Numbered from the stretch's first letter, positions 1 through 9,157 are shown. The stretch is DNA of 64,000 nucleotides from Candidatus Micrarchaeia archaeon (GCA_041665945.1 JBAYHU010000001.1:31863-95862), one strand, 5' to 3'. Numbers and translations are program-made. Notes: a model not told the origin generated them from the sequence alone.

Positions 1-2
1 TG

Positions 3-1307
3 TTGACAATGGTAAGCGTCGCCCACTCCGGCATTTTCACCGACATCGGGACATTGTTCGGGAATTCCAAGACGCTTGAGTGCACTGTCACCGAGTCCCC
101 GCTGGTCTGGATAGTGCTTGCGTGGATTTCGCTCGTTCTGGGCGTGTTTTTGAACGCAATCGTCACCATGCTCGGCGGCGTTTTGGGCGGGCAGAAATAC
201 AACCAGTTCCTCAAGGGCGGGCTCTGGGGCATAGTGGAAACCGCCGCCATACTCGCCATTTTCTCGGGCGCTTTTGCCGGCCTGCAGGAATACGGGACCG
301 CGAACCTCGACACCGCCAGGGCGTATTCCACGGTAATCAGAAACACGGTGATATTTGACTTCACGCTCATGATGGCGGGCAGCACCGCGCTCTCGTTCAT
401 ATCAAGGCAGGCGCCCAACGTCCGCATATCCGCGTTCAAGGCGTTCCCGCTTGGCTTCCAGTTCGCGCCCATGTTCCGCCCGCTGTTCGACGGGCTGGGG
501 ACGATGGTGCAGATGCTCGCGGCCGCGATTGCCGAGTGGGTGGCGCACGAATTCGTGCTGTGCTTCATCAAGACGAGCATGCTCTCGCTTCTCCTGCCAA
601 TAGGCATATTCCTGCGCGCGTTCGGGTTCAAAGGGGCAGGCAACGCGCTTATGGGGCTGGCAATCGCGCTTTACTTCATCTACCCCTTCCTGATGATACA
701 GGTCGGCGAGATGCTGAACAACTATTTCGCGCGGACGAACGAGCCTTGGGACCCGCTGGAAAGCTGGCCGTCATGCGCGGGCGCGGCCCCGATTTGCTGC
801 ACTACGACGAGCGGCAGCGTGATACCCGCGAACACAAGCGCGCTTTTCATCAAGAACGGGCCGAACTGGGAGAGCGACCTGAACCAGCGGCTGGATGCAA
901 TCGAGGTCGGAAGGGGGGACATATTCCTCTCGATTGACAAGCGCGTGCCGGTTGTCGGGACAGGGACGTTCTGCACCTACAACACCGGGATTTCGCGCTC
1001 GTATGGCAGCCTGCTTGACGGGCTTGGCGTGCTTGGCTTCTGGACGCTGCCGATAGGCGCGGGGCTTGTAGGGCTTGCCAACCTCGCCATACTCAAGTGG
1101 GTGAATCTGAGCTGGGTGGCGTTCTCGCTTGCGCCACTCATGATTGCGTTCCTGCTGAATTCGGCATATGACATCGTGTTCTTCGTTTTCATCGTGAGCA
1201 TAGTCCTGCCGCTGATGATGGTGTTCATAACGATTACCATGGCAAAGGAAATCGCGAAAGTTCTCGGGACCGAGATAGACTTGAGCGCGCTTGAGAAGCT
1301 GATATGA
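3..1307 (+). CDS. Polytopic membrane protein, paralog 1 of a tandem triplet (uncharacterised family). The 5' end may lie outside the window.
   Basis: ORF runs to the window edge. It has multiple hydrophobic segments. It shares the motif FLRAFGFKGAGNALMGLAIALYFIYPF and the C-terminal tail TEIDLSALEKLI with the two downstream ORFs. A Cys-rich, probably extracytoplasmic insert is present. Confidence 0.5.
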   Translation: MTMVSVAHSGIFTDIGTLFGNSKTLECTVTESPLVWIVLAWISLVLGVFLNAIVTMLGGVLGGQKYNQFLKGGLWGIVETAAILAIFSGAFAGLQEYGTANLDTARAYSTVIRNTVIFDFTLMMAGSTALSFISRQAPNVRISAFKAFPLGFQFAPMFRPLFDGLGTMVQMLAAAIAEWVAHEFVLCFIKTSMLSLLLPIGIFLRAFGFKGAGNALMGLAIALYFIYPFLMIQVGEMLNNYFARTNEPWDPLESWPSCAGAAPICCTTTSGSVIPANTSALFIKNGPNWESDLNQRLDAIEVGRGDIFLSIDKRVPVVGTGTFCTYNTGISRSYGSLLDGLGVLGFWTLPIGAGLVGLANLAILKWVNLSWVAFSLAPLMIAFLLNSAYDIVFFVFIVSIVLPLMMVFITITMAKEIAKVLGTEIDLSALEKLI

Positions 1308-1321
1308 TATCCGCAGGATGA

Positions 1322-2377
1322 TTGGAAGGTTTTGCAATGGTTTCGATGGCCGAGGAAGTGTGCGCCCCGATACTGGGGAACCCGCAGGGAGTGGTGGCTG
1401 GGTTCGGCATACTCGGCGACAACTGGGTGGTACTCACCTTCCTCGCGCTTTTCTGCTCCCTTCTTTCGCTCGCAGTACTTTACATGGTGGCGAACTTCCT
1501 GCGCAACCAGACGCTCCTTGCATGGATAAAGTTCGAGCTTTTCCAGATACTGGGAACCGCGACGGTATTCGCATTCGCCATACTCTGGGCGTCCGGCATG
1601 TGCACGTTCGACATGGGCTTCTTGAACGACCAGTACCTGCACAGGAACATGTACGATATCGTGGATGAATATTTCTCCTTCCTGCGAGGAGTGGGCAACG
1701 TGCTTTTCGGGTACATGATGTACATGTCCAAGATAATCACGCTTCTGCAAAAGGTTACCTATTTCTCAAGCCCGCTCGGGCTTGGAATGACCGACAATCC
1801 GCTTGACTCCATGGGGCAGCTCAATTCCATACTCTTCTTCGCCGTGGGCGGCTACATCACATCATACATGATGCTGGACTTGCAGTTCAAGATAATGGAA
1901 TACATGGCGTTCGCCACCATGCACTACCTCTTCCCGTTCGGGGTTTTCTTCAGGGCTTTTGAGCCCACTCGCGGGTTCGGCGGCGCTCTCATCGGGCTGT
2001 CGCTGTCATTTTTCCTGTTCTATCCCATGCTGGTCGTGTTCAACCATTATATCATATACAACAGCCTGGAGGAGTCCAGGACCGACCTTGAAGCCGAGAT
2101 GGGCAATGCAAACGCGCACGTGGTGAACGGAGAGGTGCCGGACGAGCAGGCGCTCAAGAACTCCATAGACGACCTCGCAAACGTGATGAACGTGCAGAAG
2201 ATGACCGAGGGCATGGGCTCGGCGACCGTGTTCCTGTTCAAGCCCCTTGCACTCTACCTCATAGCCGCCGTGGCGCTGCCGGTAATAAACTTCGTGGTGC
2301 TTGTTGAATTGACAAAAGGGCTCACCTCCTTCCTCGGCGACGAGGTCGACATCACCAACCTGACAAGGATGATTTGA
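1322..2377 (+). CDS. Polytopic membrane protein, paralog 2 of the tandem triplet.
   Basis: About 8 predicted TM segments. Contains FFRAFEPTRGFGGALIGLSLSFFLFYP and the C-terminal tail DEVDITNLTRMI. Lies 14 bp after paralog 1. Confidence 0.55.
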   Translation: MEGFAMVSMAEEVCAPILGNPQGVVAGFGILGDNWVVLTFLALFCSLLSLAVLYMVANFLRNQTLLAWIKFELFQILGTATVFAFAILWASGMCTFDMGFLNDQYLHRNMYDIVDEYFSFLRGVGNVLFGYMMYMSKIITLLQKVTYFSSPLGLGMTDNPLDSMGQLNSILFFAVGGYITSYMMLDLQFKIMEYMAFATMHYLFPFGVFFRAFEPTRGFGGALIGLSLSFFLFYPMLVVFNHYIIYNSLEESRTDLEAEMGNANAHVVNGEVPDEQALKNSIDDLANVMNVQKMTEGMGSATVFLFKPLALYLIAAVALPVINFVVLVELTKGLTSFLGDEVDITNLTRMI

Positions 2378-2435
2378 TGGATATGGCGCACGCATTTTCG
2401 GAAGGGAAGGCCGGCGCAAGCGCAGCAAGGATGAT

Positions 2436-3476
2436 TTGATGGACGTCAACGTGTCATTTCCGCTCGGATGGGAAAGCCTGTGCGTAATCTGCGCGCTCAT
2501 AGGATTCTTCATGGCAGTATTGGTCCACATGGCGGCAAAGGCGATGGGCTTGCAGAACCTCGACATGTGGGCGAAGTCCGAATACATGCAGGCAGGCGCG
2601 AGCTTCCTGATAATCCTCCTTGCGATAGGCATGGTGCAGGCAGGCGGCAGGATTGCCACGGAAATCACCTCGAAGCTCGCTGAGGCGAGCGACAATGTCG
2701 AGCTTCTCGGCGCGGCTGCAAACCCCGTGAATATCGGGGACCCGGTGCGCATCGCCAAGGCATATCTCACCGAAGGGCCGCTGAAATGCGAGGTAAACAT
2801 GTACAAGTGGGCAAGGAGGCTCAACACCTGGGCTGAATTCTGGAACGGGATAAGCATAAGCGTGGGCAATGTGGAGGGCACGGGCGGAGGGTTCTTCTAC
2901 GCAGGAAGGGTGAGCGTCACCCACTACGCCGCGCAGAGCATCACCTACCTCGCGCTGTTCCACTACATACAATACCATATGCTGAACTTCTCGCAGTACG
3001 TGATGCTCCAGATTTTCCTTCCAATCGGCATAATACTGAGGACATTCGCGCCAACGCGCGGCACGGGCGGGTTCATGATTGCATTCGCGCTGGGTTTCGC
3101 GTTCGTGTTCCCAATAAGCTATCTTTTCATAGTGGCGATGATGCCTTCCACCGCGATTGCCTGCAGCCAGATAGGCGTGCAGGCGGATTACATCTCAAAC
3201 GCGGGGAAGGCGGGGTTTGCCGAGGAATTCCTTGTGGACGACCCCTGCCCGAACAACGCGGGCGCGACAGTCATGAACATGATGAAGTCCGAGGGGGACA
3301 CCACCATGCAAAGCGAGCTTACCCGCCTCCAGCGCTCGGTCGGGCAGCTGTATTTGCAGGCAGTGTTCTACCCAATGGTCTGCCTCATAGTCACGTTCAC
3401 GTTCATCAGGCAGACATCCTCGCTGTTCGGCGCGGACCTTGCGGAAATAGGCAGGGGCTTGATAAAAATCATATAA
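2436..3476 (+). CDS. Polytopic membrane protein, paralog 3 of the tandem triplet.
   Basis: Contains ILRTFAPTRGTGGFMIAFALGFAFVFP and the C-terminal tail ADLAEIGRGLIKII. A GC hairpin gcggca-gccaa-tgccgc lies just after the stop at 3477-3493. Confidence 0.55.
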   Translation: MMDVNVSFPLGWESLCVICALIGFFMAVLVHMAAKAMGLQNLDMWAKSEYMQAGASFLIILLAIGMVQAGGRIATEITSKLAEASDNVELLGAAANPVNIGDPVRIAKAYLTEGPLKCEVNMYKWARRLNTWAEFWNGISISVGNVEGTGGGFFYAGRVSVTHYAAQSITYLALFHYIQYHMLNFSQYVMLQIFLPIGIILRTFAPTRGTGGFMIAFALGFAFVFPISYLFIVAMMPSTAIACSQIGVQADYISNAGKAGFAEEFLVDDPCPNNAGATVMNMMKSEGDTTMQSELTRLQRSVGQLYLQAVFYPMVCLIVTFTFIRQTSSLFGADLAEIGRGLIKII

Positions 3477-3614
3477 GCGGCAGCCAATGCCGCCCGAATC
3501 CCCCACTATATAGTATATAGCAGGGCGGCAGGGGGAAATAACGGGCTGGCGTTGGCAAAAAGTGTCTGCTTTAAAAATCATTCAGCATTAACTACCGATT
3601 CGTGGGAGATTCGC

Positions 3615-4772
3615 ATGTCGTTTGAAATACCCAACCCGTACAAGGGGAATTACAAGCTCCTTATCATAATCCCGCTGCTTTTGGTGGCGGTTTCGCTGTT
3701 TTTCATCCCAAGCATAAAGAAGGGGGTGGACTTCAAGGGCGGCACGCTCGTCACCATGCAGTCGGACGTGCCTGCGGACACGCAAAAGCTGGCGGAAGCG
3801 CTGGAAGCGAACGGATTCTCCGTTTCCTCGGCAAAATCCCTCCAGAACCCCAAGGGATACGAGATAGAAGTCGAAATTGAACGGGACGAGAACCTCACGC
3901 GCACGGACGAGCTCAAGAGCGAATTTTTCAACACTGTCGAGGAGGTCTCGCGCCTTGAAGCCGACGCCTCGACCGCCAACAACTCAAGCTCGGAAGCGCA
4001 GGTGAAATATGCAGACGCCAAGGCGAAAATAGACGTCATTTCAAACGGCATTTTCGCAATCGCGGGCATGCCGCAGGACGCGGAAAAAGCGAACAGCACC
4101 AACGCGCTCAAGGCGAGCGTGAATGGCGCATACAGGAAGATAATAGACGGCAACTCCGAGCGGCTCTCCGCGGTGCTGTCCAAGGAAGTGCCATATGAGA
4201 GCGCAAGTTTCAACGAAGTGTCGGCGTCCCTTTCGGCGAAATTCCTCGAAAAGGCGCTCAACGTCGTCATGTACTCCACCATACTCGTCTGCATAGTGGT
4301 TTTCCTGATTTTCAGAAGCATTGTCCCGAGCGCGGCGGTCATCGTGGGCGCAGTGTGCGACATAATAATCGCGCTTGGCGCAATGGGGATGTTCGGGATC
4401 CCGCTCACCCTCGCGTCCTTCGCGGCGCTTTTGATGCTCGTGGGCTTCTCGCTTGACACCGACGTCCTGCTTACAATGCGCGTGATTAAGCGCAAGGAGG
4501 GCGACGCGAGGACACGCGCATATGAGGCGATGAAGACCGGAATGACAATGAGCATGGCTCTCCTGCTTTCCTTCATTTGCCTGTTCATACTCGCATCACT
4601 GACGCACATCAACACGTATTACGAGATTTCAGCCGTGGCAATCGCGGGGCTTGTGGGCGACCTGTTCGCAACATGGCTCCTCAACGCGATAATCGTGCTG
4701 AACTACGCGGAGAAGCATGGGCACTCCGGCGAATCCGAGAGGGGCATAATCGCCTCGCTGTTCTCCAATTAG
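3615..4772 (+). CDS. secF: Protein-export membrane protein SecF.
   Basis: Has the GVDFKGGT motif after an N-terminal TM and a C-terminal TM bundle. ATG at 3615 chosen (ORF track begins at 3552). Confidence 0.8.
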   Translation: MSFEIPNPYKGNYKLLIIIPLLLVAVSLFFIPSIKKGVDFKGGTLVTMQSDVPADTQKLAEALEANGFSVSSAKSLQNPKGYEIEVEIERDENLTRTDELKSEFFNTVEEVSRLEADASTANNSSSEAQVKYADAKAKIDVISNGIFAIAGMPQDAEKANSTNALKASVNGAYRKIIDGNSERLSAVLSKEVPYESASFNEVSASLSAKFLEKALNVVMYSTILVCIVVFLIFRSIVPSAAVIVGAVCDIIIALGAMGMFGIPLTLASFAALLMLVGFSLDTDVLLTMRVIKRKEGDARTRAYEAMKTGMTMSMALLLSFICLFILASLTHINTYYEISAVAIAGLVGDLFATWLLNAIIVLNYAEKHGHSGESERGIIASLFSN

Positions 4773-4780
4773 GGATTTTT

Positions 4781-6487
4781 ATGATTTCAATAAACGAGCT
4801 TGTGAGGGGGGCGAAAAGCCGCGAGGTCATCGCAGTCTTCGCGTTCACGCTTTTCGCGTGCCTGCTGATGTACCTTGACAAGCCGATGGGCATCCCGATT
4901 TACATAGTCTCCATATTGCTTGTCGGCATCGCGTCGGTGTTTTTGCACAAGGACAGCCTGCGCGTAGCCGCGCTCCTTGCAATCGTGTTCCTGTCGGCGT
5001 TTTCCATCTGGTCCAACGGCGTCAAGTTCGGGATTGACTTTTCGGGAGGAGTGAGGATACCCATCCTTCTTGAGAAGTCCGTGGATTCCGTGACAATGGA
5101 GGAGATGGTCACCACCATCAAGACGCGCGCGGCGTCCTTCGGGCTTACCGAAGTGAAGGTCCGCCCCATCGGCGACTCGGAAATCTACGTGGAGCTTCCG
5201 CAGAGCAACCCCAAGCTCGTGAAGGACGTCGAGGACATCCTCTCCCAGCAGGGCATATACAACGGCATAGTGGACGGGAAAGTCGCGATAAGCGGGGATG
5301 AGATATATTCCGGCTCGATTTACCGCGTGCCCTCGCAATACCTGCAGGGCGCGGACTGGGGAGTCAGCTTCACCGTGACGCAGGCGGGCGCAAGCAACTT
5401 CGCGAAAGTGGCGAAGGGCAAGGCGAACTATCCGCTTTACATGTTCCTCGACCGCCCGCAGAACGCGATAATAATACTCAACGAAAGCGAGCTCATGTCC
5501 GACGCGAAGAAGCAGGGCGTGCCCATGTCCAAGTCAAAGGCGCTCGACCTTGCAACCTCTGCGATGAGGATGGCGGGCGACGACATACCGGTTTATCTCG
5601 AAGAGGACCTCGCGAAGAATTTCACGCTTGTCCCCAGGGACAACATGACCAAGGCGATTGTCAACAACGCAAGCCCGCTTGCCGAAAAGCTCGCGCAGGC
5701 GGGATTCGTGGTGGTCGGGAAGGCATCCGAGGACATGACGCCCCAATACGTGGTGTCCCCCTCCTCGCCCGCGTCGGACGCGGTGACGACGTGGAAAGCG
5801 GTCGGGCTCCTCTCGTCCCCGCGCCTCGTGGCGTCGGTAACGGAAGGCGTGCCCAATTACGCTTACACGATAAACGGCCCTGCGCAGGGCGATACCTCGA
5901 CTGCCAAGCTGCTTGACGCGCAGAAGAAGGAGCGCGAACTCGAGTCGCTTCTCAAGGGAGGCGCGCTTCCGGTGCACATAACAATCGGCTCGAAGACAAT
6001 CGTGCCCGCCCCGCTCGGCGAGGAGTTCCTGCGCCTGTCGCTTATCGGCGTGGCATTCGCGCTGGTTACGATTTCGCTCATGGTGGCAATCCGCTACAGG
6101 CACCTCAACATAGTCGTGCCCATGATGTTCATCAGCTTCTCGGAAATCCTGATACTGCTTGCGATATTGGGCGCATTCACAATCGACCTCGCCGGAATGG
6201 CGGGAATCCTCGCCGCAATCGGCGTGTCCGTGGACGCGCAGATTGTCGTGACGGACGAGCTTCTCAAGAAGGAGGAGGAGACCAAGAAGAGGATTGACAA
6301 GGCGTTCGCAATCATCACCACATCGGTAATGGTCGCCGTGGTCGCCATGCTGCCCCTGCTGCTTCTTTCCGGGCTTGTGGAAATCATCGGCTTTGCGACA
6401 TCGACGGTGCTGGGCTCGCTCCTCGGACTGTTCATCTCGCGCCCGGCATACGGCGCCATCGCTGAGAGGATGTTCGAGAACAGCTAG
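4781..6487 (+). CDS. secD: Protein-export membrane protein SecD.
   Basis: Has the GIDFSGG motif, a large periplasmic-type domain and a C-terminal TM bundle. ATG at 4781 lies directly after the secF stop; the upstream part of ORF 4577 overlaps secF and was discarded. Confidence 0.8.
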   Translation: MISINELVRGAKSREVIAVFAFTLFACLLMYLDKPMGIPIYIVSILLVGIASVFLHKDSLRVAALLAIVFLSAFSIWSNGVKFGIDFSGGVRIPILLEKSVDSVTMEEMVTTIKTRAASFGLTEVKVRPIGDSEIYVELPQSNPKLVKDVEDILSQQGIYNGIVDGKVAISGDEIYSGSIYRVPSQYLQGADWGVSFTVTQAGASNFAKVAKGKANYPLYMFLDRPQNAIIILNESELMSDAKKQGVPMSKSKALDLATSAMRMAGDDIPVYLEEDLAKNFTLVPRDNMTKAIVNNASPLAEKLAQAGFVVVGKASEDMTPQYVVSPSSPASDAVTTWKAVGLLSSPRLVASVTEGVPNYAYTINGPAQGDTSTAKLLDAQKKERELESLLKGGALPVHITIGSKTIVPAPLGEEFLRLSLIGVAFALVTISLMVAIRYRHLNIVVPMMFISFSEILILLAILGAFTIDLAGMAGILAAIGVSVDAQIVVTDELLKKEEETKKRIDKAFAIITTSVMVAVVAMLPLLLLSGLVEIIGFATSTVLGSLLGLFISRPAYGAIAERMFENS

Positions 6488-6493
6488 TTTCGT

Positions 6494-7129
6494 TCAGGGC
6501 TTTTTCTTTTTTCTTCCTTCTTTTCCCCATTCTCTTTTCTTCTGCTGCAAAAACGAGTAGAGCGAGTTGAGCATGGGCACGATGTAGAAGGGAAGCACGA
6601 CGCCGACGATTGCGCCTGTTATTTCGCGCAGAAGGTTGCTGCTCTCGCGCAAGCCGATTAGCTGCGTGCCCCCGTCAAGCGCGATTGGCACGGCTGCCGT
6701 GGCGATAATCCACTTGTTGGGCCAGCCCTCACCCTCGATTTTCTGGACAAAGGGCAGGATGAGCAGCCCGAGAAACATGGCGAGGTAGATGCCCATGTCG
6801 CGGGCGCAGACCGGGAATTTGTAGCCGGTTTCAGCGCCCCGCGTGATTGTTGTCGCGTGGGTGGATGAGAAAGAATCGGATTCCATGCAGTCTGCGATTG
6901 AAAGTTTGCCGTCGTTGGATTTGAAAAGGCATAGCGAGCGGGAAGTGAGCTGGTGGCACGTCGGCGCGAATGCGGTGTAGAGAAGGTCGCCTGTTCCCTT
7001 GTTGGCAAAAGCCGCGAAAGGCGTGAGGAAAATCAGCCCGTTGAGAAGCAGAAGCGCCACGAGGGCGAGGAGATAGGGAATCTTTGAGCCTGCCATGATG
7101 GGGTTGGCATGCCGCAGTCTTTTAAACAT
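6494..7129 (-). CDS. DUF2085-family membrane protein.
   Basis: Contains the CHQLTSRSLC motif typical of DUF2085, plus TM segments. Confidence 0.55.
   Translation of the reverse strand: MFKRLRHANPIMAGSKIPYLLALVALLLLNGLIFLTPFAAFANKGTGDLLYTAFAPTCHQLTSRSLCLFKSNDGKLSIADCMESDSFSSTHATTITRGAETGYKFPVCARDMGIYLAMFLGLLILPFVQKIEGEGWPNKWIIATAAVPIALDGGTQLIGLRESSNLLREITGAIVGVVLPFYIVPMLNSLYSFLQQKKREWGKEGRKKKKP
7121..7128 (+). promoter_or_regulatory. TATA-like box (tttaaaca) about 30 bp upstream of tRNA-Arg.
   Basis: AT-rich octamer at archaeal promoter spacing from the tRNA 5' end at 7154. Confidence 0.35.
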
Positions 7130-7153
7130 AATTCGCCGGAATTCCTCTAACGC

Positions 7154-7328
7154 GGGGCCGTAGCTCAGCTTGGATAGAGCGGCACTCTCCTACGACCCTT
7201 TTGCTCGCTCCAGATGGGGACGCTCGCAAAAGCGTCGACGGAAAAGCAAAAGGAGAAGGAAAGCGGTCTTTCATCCGTGATTGTGCGGAGAAAGGTGAAG
7301 GTCGTGAGTTCAAATCTCACCGGTCCCG
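7154..7328 (+). tRNA. tRNA-Arg(CCU) with a ~100-nt intron (7193-7292) at the canonical 37/38 position.
   Basis: Hand-folded. Acceptor GGGGCCG/CGGUCCC, discriminator G. D-arm GCUC/GAGC with GG and A20. Anticodon stem GCACU, loop CUCCUAC. 3' exon GGUGA-AGGUC. T-arm GUGAG-UUCAAAU-CUCAC. There is one mismatch at 27:43. Confidence 0.6.
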
Positions 7329-7385
7329 TTGTTTTTTTCAAAAACCCTTAGAAGAGTTTTTAACTTTCATCCCCGAAGTGTTGCC

Positions 7386-8219
7386 ATGGTTTCACGCTTA
7401 GCAGAATTGTTCGTCGAGGCGGTCAAGAACACCGCGCAGGGCGAAATCGCCATCCTTTATTCAGGGGGGCTCGACAGCACGGCGATTGCGACCGTGGCAA
7501 AGCAGTTCACCACAAAGCCGCTCCTTGTTACTGCCGGAATCGAAGGCAGCCAGGATTTGGAAGCCGCGCGCAAAATCGCGAAAGAGCTTGACCTGCCGCA
7601 CAAGGAAGTCGTGCTTACAGAGGAGGAAATCGTCAAGGTCTACAAGAAATGCTACAAGATAAGGAAAGGCGACCTTCTGAAAGTCGAGCTGATGGTTCCC
7701 GTCTTCTCGTGCTGCCGCGAAGCCGCGCGCGCGGGCAAGTGGAAAATACTCTCCGGCTCGGGCGCGGAGGAGCTTTTCATCGGCTATGACAGGTATTTCA
7801 AATACAAGGGCAAGAATCTGGAGAACCTTCTTCTCAAGGAGATACAGAAGCTCCCTACCGGCGACTGCGAGGCGCAGGAGCTTGTCGCGAAGAACTTCGG
7901 CATCCGCGCCACATTCCCGTTCCTCTACCAGCCTTTTGTCGCCGAAGTCCTTGCGCAGCCCCTTTCTGAGAGGCTGGGCACGCTTGAGCACAAGAAGCCG
8001 CTTCTCCGCAAAATCGCGTCCGAGCTTGGCGTTCCGCAGGATGCCATTGACCGCAAGAAAAAAGCCATGCAATACGGAAGCGGCGTGCACAAGATACTCC
8101 TCAAGAGGATAAAGGAAATCGAGGAGGAGCTCCAAATTAAGGAGGAGCTGCGGCAGAGGAAGCGCGAGCAGATGGCGAACGCTTCCTTCAGGAGAAAGAA
8201 GCGCGAAGGGCAGCACTGA
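7386..8219 (+). CDS. Asparagine-synthetase-like PP-loop ATP pyrophosphatase, synthetase domain only (no glutaminase domain).
   Basis: Has the ILYSGGLDS PP-loop. The C-terminal region resembles the AsnB tail (FPFLYQPFVAEVL...LLRKIASELGVP). ATG at 7386. Confidence 0.55.
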   Translation: MVSRLAELFVEAVKNTAQGEIAILYSGGLDSTAIATVAKQFTTKPLLVTAGIEGSQDLEAARKIAKELDLPHKEVVLTEEEIVKVYKKCYKIRKGDLLKVELMVPVFSCCREAARAGKWKILSGSGAEELFIGYDRYFKYKGKNLENLLLKEIQKLPTGDCEAQELVAKNFGIRATFPFLYQPFVAEVLAQPLSERLGTLEHKKPLLRKIASELGVPQDAIDRKKKAMQYGSGVHKILLKRIKEIEEELQIKEELRQRKREQMANASFRRKKREGQH

Positions 8220-8253
8220 GGATTGCTTCTTTTTGCAGGCAAAAACAGCCCCG

Positions 8254-8916
8254 TTACTTCTTCTTGCCGGCGATGAACAGGTGCTCCAGGTCGTATGGGG
8301 AAAGCTCGATTTGGTCGCTTACCTCGATTTCGGGACCCATCTGCGTGACGAACTCCTCGAAAACCTTCCTCGGCTGGCGCGTGACGTCTATTGACTGCGA
8401 CTTTATGGCAATCATGCCCCAGCCGCCGTCTTTCAGGAACATGCGGCTGTTTTTCAGGAAAATGTCCGCCTGGTCGGGCTGCGCGACGTCCTGGTAGATG
8501 ACGTCCACCTTGTCGGAGATCATCTCGGCGTATTCCTGCGGCTGGCGCGCGTCCCCCATTATGGGGAGCATGTTGCCGTGCCGCTCGCAGACGGTAATCA
8601 GGTCGCGCATGGAGCGCTGTGCGAATTCCACGCAATACACTCCGCCGTCCTTGCCGACTATGTCGGAGACGTGCGAGGGAGTGGTGCCTGTGGATGCGCC
8701 AAGATAAAGGACGATTGAACCGGGCTTGATGGGCATTTCCTTCAGGCCCTTGTGTATCGCCGCCGCGAGCTTGCTTCTGTACAAATCCCACAGGCGGTAT
8801 TCCACGCCGGCTTCCATCTCAAGTTTTTCGCCGTAGACGCGGTAGCCGGGGACGGAATTTATGGTGGCGAGCCTGCGGTTGAGAAGATACACGCCGGGGA
8901 ATTTTCCTTCAATCAT
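8254..8916 (-). CDS. flpA: Fibrillarin-like rRNA/tRNA 2'-O-methyltransferase.
   Basis: Contains LYLGASTGTTPSHVSDIVG and the overall fibrillarin fold signature. An archaeal/eukaryotic marker. Confidence 0.85.
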   Translation of the reverse strand: MIEGKFPGVYLLNRRLATINSVPGYRVYGEKLEMEAGVEYRLWDLYRSKLAAAIHKGLKEMPIKPGSIVLYLGASTGTTPSHVSDIVGKDGGVYCVEFAQRSMRDLITVCERHGNMLPIMGDARQPQEYAEMISDKVDVIYQDVAQPDQADIFLKNSRMFLKDGGWGMIAIKSQSIDVTRQPRKVFEEFVTQMGPEIEVSDQIELSPYDLEHLFIAGKKK

Positions 8917-8943
8917 ATGAACACGCCTTGGAATTTTAAAAAT

Positions 8944-8957
8944 AAAAACGGGCTCGG
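8944..8957. repeat. 14-bp direct repeat of the tRNA-Lys 3' end (aaaaacgggctcgg); second copy at 9034-9047.
   Basis: Exact 14-mer match about 90 bp from the tRNA 3' end. Confidence 0.4.
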
Positions 8958-9038
8958 TCCATAGGGGGCAACCTCTAACACTCTATCCCCCTAAGGATTC
9001 ACCCCTATCATGCAACACACGCCATTGAAATAAAAAAA

Positions 9039-9157
9039 CGGGCTCGGGGGGATTTGAACCCCCGGCTTTCTGGTTTCTTCAGCCATGCATCTGCTACAAA
9101 CAATTTCGTAGGAGTGTTAAAAGCCAGACACTCTAGGCCAAGCTGAGTTACGAGCCC
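9039..9157 (-). tRNA. tRNA-Lys(UUU) with a 43-nt intron after position 37.
   Basis: Hand-folded on the minus strand. Acceptor GGGCUCG/CGAGCCC. D-arm ACUC/GAGU. Anticodon stem UCUGG/CCAGA, loop CUUUUAA. T-arm GGGGG-UUCAAAU-CCCCC. Discriminator G, poly-U after it. Confidence 0.7.

Noticed and set aside
4577-4780. Upstream extension of the SecD ORF that overlaps secF.
   Set aside because: The ATG at 4781 directly follows the secF stop and precedes the first SecD TM segment. The extension is an out-of-frame overlap with a confident gene.
7154-7328. Alternative reading of the intron-containing tRNA as a class II (long variable arm) tRNA using UGUGC as the 3' anticodon-stem strand.
   Set aside because: The resulting variable arm cannot form a stem, and the CCU anticodon is not a Leu or Ser anticodon. 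The class I fold with the 100-nt intron and one 27:43 mismatch is more consistent.
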